Shown in pieces: positions 9,624 to 16,624 of a stretch of DNA of 64,000 nt (its first letter is position 1; the number at the start of each line of letters is the position of its first letter). The stretch is from contig DATIJS010000057.1 of assembly GCA_035478335.1 (NCBI GenBank), positions 8,143-72,142 on the forward strand, written 5' to 3'. Made by a program: the position numbers and the translations under genes. The stretch is from Candidatus Saccharimonadales bacterium. Its GTDB lineage: Bacteria; Patescibacteriota; Microgenomatia; Levybacterales; UBA12049. The notes below the pieces were generated by a model. That model was given only the letters and a program-made list of their open reading frames with translations. It was not told the DNA's origin and did no database searches.

Positions 9624-10382
9624 ATGAGTAATGAAAATCTTGACATAAATTTTGTAGATTCTGGAGAAATAATATCATCACAAAAATCAGAGATAAGTTT
9701 TATAGATAATGAGGGATTGAGAAGAGTGGCGGAAAAACTACCTAAAGTTCCTTTTAATGACAAAGAAGTAATGCGGCGGATCACAGAATTAGTGGCCAAA
9801 AGAGGAGTGCCAAAAGAAGACAGTCTTGTCGGGCTTTTAGCTGAGGCACATGTAACTTATGCGCTTGAACAATTGGCAGCAGAAAAGGAATTAGGTTTGG
9901 ATTTATATCCGATTAAAACTCCATCCAAGTCAAGGAAGTATGTATTTGTTAGAAAGAATGATACTGGAAATATCACAGCTATAGAAAAAAGGGGACATGG
10001 CGGGTTGGCGAGTACTGCAATGGAATACGATGGCGTAGTAATGATTGAAGGTGTGGTAACTCTAGTTGATGTTAGGGCAAGTGCAGAAGGTGGTTCAAAA
10101 GGAAAAAGAAATAAGTACAGCTTGAGGGCTTTGCGAGATGATGATTTGCTTAGAGAAAAGCTTAAACCACTTAAGGATAGATTTCCGCTAGCAAGAAATT
10201 TCGGTTGTATTGCTGTTGGCTCACGGGAAGCAATAGGGAAGTCGGGTGAGCGAGAAAAAGCTTTTGCAGAAAAGGGAATGTTTCTTGTTCCTTTGCCAAT
10301 ATCATTACCTGAGTTAAGAGAGCATGCAGTAGATTTACGTAATCGAATACTTGAAATTAGAGCAGTAAATGCAGGTAAATAA
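9624..10382 (+). CDS. Hypothetical protein, possible PD-(D/E)XK-like fold
   Basis: Long ORF; GLLAE...EYDGVV...LVDVR pattern; TATAAT 7 nt before ATG 9624. Confidence 0.6.
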   Translation: MSNENLDINFVDSGEIISSQKSEISFIDNEGLRRVAEKLPKVPFNDKEVMRRITELVAKRGVPKEDSLVGLLAEAHVTYALEQLAAEKELGLDLYPIKTPSKSRKYVFVRKNDTGNITAIEKRGHGGLASTAMEYDGVVMIEGVVTLVDVRASAEGGSKGKRNKYSLRALRDDDLLREKLKPLKDRFPLARNFGCIAVGSREAIGKSGEREKAFAEKGMFLVPLPISLPELREHAVDLRNRILEIRAVNAGK

Positions 10383-10395
10383 ATTATTAAAAAAT

Positions 10396-10424
10396 TTGAC
10401 AAAATAATTTTAGTTTTATATAAT
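10396..10424 (+). promoter_or_regulatory. Consensus sigma70 promoter for T-box leader
   Basis: TTGACA (10396-10401), 17-nt spacer, TATAAT (10419-10424). Confidence 0.85.
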
Positions 10425-10430
10425 CAAATC

Positions 10431-10757
10431 ATAAAGCGTTATTAGTTTGGCTTCCTACCAAACGATTCCTTCGGTTAACTCAGGGGAGACGCTGATTGGG
10501 AAAATCTAGTACTAACCAATCCGGGAGGTTCCCGTTACAGAACAAACTTGTGTCGGCCTAGCTGGAGCAAGGATAAGAATAATTTATCTTTGCACACCAA
10601 GTGGTGTGTTTTTTTATAGGTAAATTAGAAAAGCAAGGTGGTACCGTGTCAAAATCAAAAGTCAAAGATTAGAAATCAAAAATAATCAAGACAAAAGATT
10701 TTACGCCCTTGTAAGAATATAACTGTAAGTCAGTTGTGTTTTTGCAAGGGATTTTTT
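10431..10757 (+). ncRNA. T-box riboswitch leader, probably proline-specific
   Basis: AAGG-TGGTACC-GTGT (10635-10649) pairs with ACGCCCTT (10703-10710); stem II GATTGG..GAAA..AGTA..CCAATC; IIA/B CGG-GAGGTTC-CCGTTA-CAGAAC; overlapping terminator; upstream of ocd-proS. Confidence 0.88.
10706..10757 (+). terminator. Intrinsic terminator of the T-box attenuator
   Basis: CCCTTGTAAGAATATAACTG / CAGTTGTGTTTTTGCAAGGG stem followed by a T run. Confidence 0.85.
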
Positions 10758-10768
10758 GTTTGTTTAAA

Positions 10769-10834
10769 TTGTCATCCCCGCGCAGGCGGGGATCCAGGTG
10801 TTTATCTAGATTCCCGTTTTCACGAGAATGACAA
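10769..10834. repeat. REP-like palindromic element (TTGTCATCCCC...GAATGACAA)
   Basis: Terminal IR TTGTCAT/ATGACAA, internal hairpin ATCCCCGC-GCAG-GCGGGGAT and second arm CTAGATTCCCG...CGAGAAT. Confidence 0.75.
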
Positions 10835-10858
10835 GGTAAGTATTTATAATAAATTAAT

Positions 10859-11881
10859 ATGAAAATAATAGATGTTGAAACATTAATAAGCTTAGTAGGT
10901 AAGCACAGTTTGGATCTTTTTTTGAGAGATCTTATTCTAGCGCTGAAAAGGGATTATGGCAGATGGAATCAATTTACCAATATTCCACGGCCTTCTATGC
11001 ATGTAGAGGGTGGTGTTTTGGAATTGATGCCGATTTGTGACAACGAATTGTATTACACCTATAAATACGTAAATGGTCATCCCAAAAATCCTGAAACAGG
11101 TAAAATGACAGTTGTGGCAACAGGACAACTGTCGGAAATCTCAACAGGTTATCCTTTGATGTTCTCTGAAATGACATTACTTACCGCTCTTCGTACTGCG
11201 GCTAATTCTGCTCTGGCAACAGATCTGATGTCAAGAAATGACGCGAAAGTCCTGGCCATTATCGGGACAGGAGCACAGAGCGAATTTCAGGTCCGGGGAG
11301 TCCAATTAGTACGTGATATTCAGGAAGTAAGATATTTTGATATTGATGGGAAAGCAATGGATAAGTTTGAAAAAAATATGAAAAAAACCAATACTAAATT
11401 AGTTCGATGCAAAAGCGCAAAAGAGGCAGTAAAAGACGCAGACATAATTACTATCTGTACAGCGTGCAAAGAACATGTGGATGTGATTAAGAATGCATGG
11501 ATCAAGAAAGGAGTACATATCAACGCGCTAGGGGGAGATACCATCGGAAAAACAGAGTTAGAATTTGATATTTTAAAACGCTCAAGAATAGTTGTTGAGT
11601 ATTTCAATCAGGCTTACATTGAGGGAGAGATTCAAAGATTTAGCAGAAATGAGGCCAAAAATCGTGTATTTGCTGAGATTCATGAATTAGTAACAGGATC
11701 CAAAATTGCAAGGGAGAATGATGAACAAATAACTGTTTTTGATTCAGTGGGAATTGCGCTTGAGGATTATTCAGCGCTCAGATTGGTATACGAATTATCA
11801 GAAAAATACAACATCGGAGAGGAATTGGACATGATTCCAGTTCTCAAAGATTCTAAAGATTTGATATCTGTTCTGACATGA
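10859..11881 (+). CDS. ocd: Ornithine cyclodeaminase
   Basis: GVLELMP, KYVNGHPKN, LTALRTAA, IGTGAQSEFQ, FDSVGIALED. Confidence 0.93.
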   Translation: MKIIDVETLISLVGKHSLDLFLRDLILALKRDYGRWNQFTNIPRPSMHVEGGVLELMPICDNELYYTYKYVNGHPKNPETGKMTVVATGQLSEISTGYPLMFSEMTLLTALRTAANSALATDLMSRNDAKVLAIIGTGAQSEFQVRGVQLVRDIQEVRYFDIDGKAMDKFEKNMKKTNTKLVRCKSAKEAVKDADIITICTACKEHVDVIKNAWIKKGVHINALGGDTIGKTELEFDILKRSRIVVEYFNQAYIEGEIQRFSRNEAKNRVFAEIHELVTGSKIARENDEQITVFDSVGIALEDYSALRLVYELSEKYNIGEELDMIPVLKDSKDLISVLT

Positions 11882-11893
11882 TATACTTATGAT

Positions 11894-13123
11894 ATGAAAT
11901 ATTCAAAATTATTTGTAAAGACATTGCGTACTCCTCCCAAGGATGCGGATACAATTAATCACAAGCTTTTAACACAGGCCGGTTTTGTTGATCAATTAAT
12001 GGCTGGTGTTTACAGCTATTTACCTCTGGGACTTCGAGTCCTTAAAAAGATTGAGCAAATTGTTCGTGAAGAGATGAATGCAATCGGAGGGCAGGAAATT
12101 TTGATGCCTGTTTTTCACCCGAAAGATAATTGGGAAACAACTAAAGGCTGGGATAAGGTTGATGTATTATTTAAGCTAAAATCCCGCAATGAAAAAGAAT
12201 ATGCTTTGGGTTCAAGTGAAGAAGAAGTTGTTACCCCTTTGGTTATGAAGAGCGTAAAGTCTTATCAGGATTTACCTCAAGCAGTCTATCAGATTCATTG
12301 GAAATTTAGAGATGAATTGAGGTCAAAATCTGGAATAATGCGGGGACGTGAATTTCTCATGAAAGACATGTATAGCTTTCATGATACGCAAGAAGATTTT
12401 GATAAACTCTATGAAGCTTCAAAAAAGGCTTATTTGAAAGTTTATGAAAGGTTGGGTTTGGTTGCAAAAGTTACCGAAGCATCGGGAGGGGACTTTACTG
12501 AGAAAATTTCTTATGAGTTTATGATCCTGACAGATGCAGGGGAAGACGATATTTTGTATTGCAGCGATTGCGATTTTTGCGTAAATCTAGAGATTGCAAA
12601 AGTGAAGGAAGGAGATAAATGTCCTAAATGTAAAAAAGCTGCTTTACAAAAAGCCCGAGCATCTGAAGCAGGAAATGTCTTTGATCTTGGGCAGAAATAT
12701 ACTAAAGACTTTAATTTTACGTATATGGCTTCAGATGGCAGCCAAAAGTATCCAATTATGGGTTGTTATGGATTGGGGGTATCAAGGGTGATGGGCATAC
12801 TTGTTGAGAAGTTTAACGATGATAGAGGTATCATCTGGCCTGCTTCTGTTGCGCCGTTTGATGTCCATCTTATTTCTATAAAAAGTAACGATAAGGCTGA
12901 GGAGGTTTACAAAAAATTACAAGATGCAGGTATAGAGGTTTTATTTGACGATCGTGAAGATGTGTCGGCCGGTAATCAATTTGCAGATGCTGATCTGATA
13001 GGGATTCCTGTACGGTTGGTGGTAAGTGCCAAGTCTGGAGATAAGATTGAGTGGAAAGAGAGAACTAAAAAAGAGACAGAATTGTTGTCATTTGATGAAG
13101 TTTTGAAAAAGCTACAAAATTAG
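11894..13123 (+). CDS. proS: Proline--tRNA ligase (short form lacking editing domain)
   Basis: LLTQAGF, YSYLPLG, KFRDELR.KSGIMRGREFLMKDMYSF, MGCYGLGVSR, FADADLIGIP. Confidence 0.97.
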   Translation: MKYSKLFVKTLRTPPKDADTINHKLLTQAGFVDQLMAGVYSYLPLGLRVLKKIEQIVREEMNAIGGQEILMPVFHPKDNWETTKGWDKVDVLFKLKSRNEKEYALGSSEEEVVTPLVMKSVKSYQDLPQAVYQIHWKFRDELRSKSGIMRGREFLMKDMYSFHDTQEDFDKLYEASKKAYLKVYERLGLVAKVTEASGGDFTEKISYEFMILTDAGEDDILYCSDCDFCVNLEIAKVKEGDKCPKCKKAALQKARASEAGNVFDLGQKYTKDFNFTYMASDGSQKYPIMGCYGLGVSRVMGILVEKFNDDRGIIWPASVAPFDVHLISIKSNDKAEEVYKKLQDAGIEVLFDDREDVSAGNQFADADLIGIPVRLVVSAKSGDKIEWKERTKKETELLSFDEVLKKLQN

Positions 13124-13142
13124 GAATGTTTACCGCCAAGAA

Positions 13143-13547
13143 TTAGAATGGGAGACTAACATTGAAGATTTTGACCCAGAAAAACACATAAATAACGAAG
13201 AATACAATTGCTCCTAGAATATAGAATATCCTGATTAGACCCGAATGTCCGTGCGGTTTTGTTACTATTGCAGACGAAGAACTTTGCGGTAATGGCTGAT
13301 TTATAGTTACAGTCTGAGGCTGCTGTTCGGGGATAGGGGATAGACTGTCTGCAGTGGCATTCGCTGTATTTTCTAGGCTTGCGCTGGGTGTCGGATTGGC
13401 CGGCTGGGCTGCGTCGGCAGACGGTTGTGGCATGATTGAAGAATCTGGTAGTGGAGAACTTCCGGGCGCAGCACTAGGCGCTCCCATCACGCGGTCATAG
13501 GTTTCTTTTAATTTAGGGTCAAGATTGGAAAGTGATTGCGGATCCAT
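13143..13547 (-). CDS. Hypothetical Pro/Ser-rich protein with C-terminal TM helix
   Basis: LDPKLKETYDRVMG N-terminus, low-complexity linker, hydrophobic C-terminus. Confidence 0.7.
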   Translation of the reverse strand: MDPQSLSNLDPKLKETYDRVMGAPSAAPGSSPLPDSSIMPQPSADAAQPANPTPSASLENTANATADSLSPIPEQQPQTVTINQPLPQSSSSAIVTKPHGHSGLIRIFYILGAIVFFVIYVFFWVKIFNVSLPF

Positions 13548-13623
13548 AATATTGCTCTATTAATATCTTCAGACATTTGCAATTATTTGTCAAGGGTGGA
13601 GGTTTTTGCCTTCGAAAACTATT

Positions 13624-13750
13624 AAATCCGAAGCATGAAATCTGAAATCCGAAACAGTATCAAAATACAAATAACAAAAATACAAAAAATGTTTTGATAA
13701 TTTATTAAATTTGGATTTGTTTCGAGTTTCGATATTCTAATTTCGAATTT
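13624..13750. repeat. Heptamer-periodic inverted-arm element (AAATCCG family)
   Basis: AAATCCG AAGCATG AAATCTG AAATCCG AAACA ... TGTTT CGAGTTT CGATATT CTAATTT CGAATTT. Confidence 0.75.
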
Positions 13751-13775
13751 TTATGATCCATGTTATACTACCATC

Positions 13776-14681
13776 ATGAAGATAATAGTTACTCATATGT
13801 CTCCTGACTGGGATGCAATAGGATCTGTCTGGCTGATACGGAAATTTTTGCCCGGATGGGAAGGTGCTGAAGTTAAATTTGTACCGGCAGGGCAGCGACT
13901 CAGGGATCAGGTTTCAGGATTCAGGGTTCAGGACCAAAACCCTATTGAACTCATTGGGGAGGATGAAGTGATCCATGTTGATACCGGGCTTGGGCCGCTT
14001 GATCATCATCAAACGCAAGACAGCGATGTTTGCGGAGCTTCATTAACTTGGGAATATGTTCAGGAAATGATAAAGAATGCCGGTGACAATCTGACTGAGG
14101 AGCATATAGAAGCAATCAGCAGAATTGTTAAAATTATTGTTGATACGGATCATTTTAAGGAAGTTTACTGGAAAGATGCAGCGGAGGACTATCAAGAGTT
14201 TGGTTTGTTAGGACTTTTGGAGGGGTTGAAACTTCAGAAACCCGGGCAAGACTCAGAATATGTACGATTTGGAATAGATTGCCTAGAAGCATTGGTGCAC
14301 ACGTTTGAAAATCGCATTTGGGCTGAGAAAGAAATAAAAGAAAAGGGGATTGAATTTAAAACCAAATACGGAAAAGCAATGGGATTTGAGACACTAAATG
14401 ATACAGTGTTAAAATTGGCACAAAAGCAAGGCTATATTTTGGTTGTCAGAAAAGATCCCCGCAAGGGCTATGTTCGCATTAAAACTCTGCCTGCAACAAA
14501 AAAAGACAAAGGAATTGACCTTACTCTTACATATGAGCAATTGAGGAAGATTGACCCGGATGCAACTTGGTTTCTGCATATTTCTAAAAAAATGCTTCTC
14601 AATGGAACACCCAAAAATCCCAAAATGAGACCAACAAAATTATCTCTAACAGATATTATCAAAGTTTTAGAGAAAATTTGA
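13776..14681 (+). CDS. DHH-like/MYG1-like phosphoesterase
   Basis: VTH..PDWDAI, HVDTG and LDHHQ motifs. Confidence 0.7.
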   Translation: MKIIVTHMSPDWDAIGSVWLIRKFLPGWEGAEVKFVPAGQRLRDQVSGFRVQDQNPIELIGEDEVIHVDTGLGPLDHHQTQDSDVCGASLTWEYVQEMIKNAGDNLTEEHIEAISRIVKIIVDTDHFKEVYWKDAAEDYQEFGLLGLLEGLKLQKPGQDSEYVRFGIDCLEALVHTFENRIWAEKEIKEKGIEFKTKYGKAMGFETLNDTVLKLAQKQGYILVVRKDPRKGYVRIKTLPATKKDKGIDLTLTYEQLRKIDPDATWFLHISKKMLLNGTPKNPKMRPTKLSLTDIIKVLEKI

Positions 14682-14810
14682 AATAACCCAATAACCCAAT
14701 AAGCAAATACTACAAATCAAAATCCAATGCAGAATGCTCAATGAAAATATTTTTTATTTGAAATTTAGTTATTGATTTGTTTATTTGTTTATTGGTAGTA
14801 TTGGGTTATT
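14682..14810. repeat. Octamer-periodic inverted-arm element (AATAACCC family)
   Basis: Fills the whole spacer; perfect 12-bp terminal IR AATAACCCAATA/TATTGGGTTATT. Confidence 0.8.
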
Positions 14811-15146
14811 ATGAGTGACGCGAGTTGTCTTTTTTGTAAATTTGCAACTGGGGAAATTAAGAAGGAATTCCTTTATCAGGACGAGGATGTTATGGTTTTT
14901 GCTGACATTCATCCGATCAAGCCAGTGCATCTATTAATAGTTCCCAAGACTCATGTTCCTGAATTTTCCTCTGTTGAGCCTGATTTGATGCAAAAACTTC
15001 TTGAGGTTGTTCGGAAAATGGCCAATAGAGAAGGCTTGGACAAGGGGAGAGGTTACAGGATTGGTATGAACGCCGGGGGAGCAGAAGCGATAAAGCATCT
15101 ACACATTCACCTCATGGGCCCGATAAAAAATACGGATGGAATGTAA
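14811..15146 (+). CDS. HIT family nucleotide-binding protein
   Basis: CLFC, DIHP..PVHLLIVPKTH, HLHIH triad. Confidence 0.93.
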   Translation: MSDASCLFCKFATGEIKKEFLYQDEDVMVFADIHPIKPVHLLIVPKTHVPEFSSVEPDLMQKLLEVVRKMANREGLDKGRGYRIGMNAGGAEAIKHLHIHLMGPIKNTDGM

Positions 15147-15226
15147 GCAGTTTAATATTTGGAATTATCGTATGAAATATTTTGTGTTCAAGAATGTGGT
15201 TAGATAAAGAAAGATAGTAGTAAGAC

Positions 15227-15613
15227 TTAAGGCCTTAGAAGTTTTCTTCCCTCCTCAAGAGAATGATATTTTGGAGGACTTACTGTAGGATCTTGGCCAC
15301 CAGCATTAGGAGAAGTAGTTGTATAGATTGCTGCTTTAGGTGGTAATCCACGCTCGCGGTAAATGCTAAATGTGGTTAGAGTTACGATGCCATCTGCAAC
15401 ACTTTTTAAAATCAATAAATTTCGGTTCCTGTTATTTATATTTATCCGAGTTACAGGAGGACCCTTAGATTTGTGAGGTGAATGAGCAGCAAAATATATG
15501 AGTTGACCTACAGCATTAGGGTCTAGGTCAGCAAAAGGATCTTCTCTTTTTATTACTAAGTTACGGTTTCCGTCTATTCCGGTATCTACCTCTGTATCCT
15601 TTTCGTTACTCAT
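15227..15613 (-). CDS. Hypothetical protein
   Basis: 128-aa ORF occupying an otherwise empty interval. Confidence 0.5.
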   Translation of the reverse strand: MSNEKDTEVDTGIDGNRNLVIKREDPFADLDPNAVGQLIYFAAHSPHKSKGPPVTRININNRNRNLLILKSVADGIVTLTTFSIYRERGLPPKAAIYTTTSPNAGGQDPTVSPPKYHSLEEGRKLLRP

Positions 15614-15682
15614 GAGGGTGGTATAGTATCACATCTTTGCTGTTTACACAAGCCACGTTTTGAGGTAAAATGTAATCAACGC

Positions 15683-15747
15683 TTAACAATTCACAGCTCA
15701 CAATTGACCACAAGGTTAATTGTGAATAGTCAAATGCTAATTGTTTA
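15683..15747. repeat. Heptamer-periodic hairpin in rpsU leader (ACAATT family)
   Basis: TAACAAT TCACAGC TCACAAT TGACC...GGTTAAT TGTGAAT AGTCAAA TGCTAAT TGTTTA. Confidence 0.7.
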
Positions 15748-15764
15748 AAAGGAGGTGTTGTTTT

Positions 15765-15953
15765 ATGGTACATGTTAAAAAACTTCCAGGTCAGTCAGAT
15801 GACCAGGTAATTAGAAATTTTTCCAAAAAAGTAATGGATGCCGGTATTATTCAGGAGGCCAAAAGGCGCAAATTTTATCTTAAGCCATCGCTTGCCAAAA
15901 AATTGAAGAAAAAAATGAAGCAGGAAGAAGCTGCAAGAGTAAAGTTATTTTAA
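15765..15953 (+). CDS. rpsU: 30S ribosomal protein S21
   Basis: V.K..GQS.D..IR.F.KKV..AGII.EAKRR.FY.KPS pattern; AAGGAGGTG SD upstream. Confidence 0.88.
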   Translation: MVHVKKLPGQSDDQVIRNFSKKVMDAGIIQEAKRRKFYLKPSLAKKLKKKMKQEEAARVKLF

Positions 15954-16073
15954 TTCCTAATATCTAATTTCTAAATCCTAAATAATACCAAATTCATAAT
16001 AACAAAAAGCAAAAACATTTTGGTATTTGAAATTTATATTTAGAATTTATTTAGAGTTTAGTATTTAGTATTT
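15952..16073. repeat. Heptamer-periodic inverted-arm element (AAATCCT family)
   Basis: AATTCCT AATATCT AATTTCT AAATCCT ... AGAGTTT AGTATTT AGTATTT. Confidence 0.7.
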
Positions 16074-16085
16074 TTAAAAGATATA

Positions 16086-16472
16086 ATGGATAATATCAAT
16101 GTTCTTATTTATGTTGAAAGCAGGTATAAAGTTTCTCGCAAAAAAATAAAATCTGCAATTAAAAGTGTTTGCGAGGAAAATAATCTTACCAGTCCTGTTG
16201 AGGTAAGTGTTGCCATTGTCGGGGATCGTAAGATGAAAAAGCTCAACAAAGAGTATCGAGATAAAGAAGGAACAACAAATATTCTTTCATTTCCGCTTGC
16301 TGAAGGAGAACAGTCCAAATTGCCATCAGATGTAACAAGACTTGGGGATATCATTATTTCTTATCCAATGGTAATTAAAGAAGCTGCGCGGGATGAAGTG
16401 TTGGTAGATGAGCGCGTTGATGAATTGGTAAGACATGGAATGCTGCACCTGCTTGGGTTGCACCATGAATAA
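16086..16472 (+). CDS. ybeY: rRNA maturation endoribonuclease YbeY
   Basis: LNKEYRDK..TNILSF, LGDIIIS, HGMLHLLGLHH. Confidence 0.95.
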   Translation: MDNINVLIYVESRYKVSRKKIKSAIKSVCEENNLTSPVEVSVAIVGDRKMKKLNKEYRDKEGTTNILSFPLAEGEQSKLPSDVTRLGDIIISYPMVIKEAARDEVLVDERVDELVRHGMLHLLGLHHE

Positions 16473-16473
16473 A

Positions 16474-16604
16474 AATACTACCAATAACCCAATATGCAAA
16501 TACTACCAATCAATAACCCAATACAAAATATTCAAATATAGAATTCTACATTTAGATTTTTAGCGTTGATTTGACTATTGGATTATTTGTTTATTTGTAG
16601 TATT
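16474..16604. repeat. Octamer-periodic inverted-arm element (AATAACCC/AATACTAC family)
   Basis: Terminal IR AATACTAC/GTAGTATT; same units as 14682-14810. Confidence 0.75.
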
Positions 16605-16624
16605 CTTCGACTGAAAGAAGAAGT

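Noticed and set aside
9857-10402. Long antisense ORFs in the track (for example 9857-10402, 60889-61452, 35164-35613)
   Set aside because: They shadow better-supported genes on the opposite strand and show no motifs
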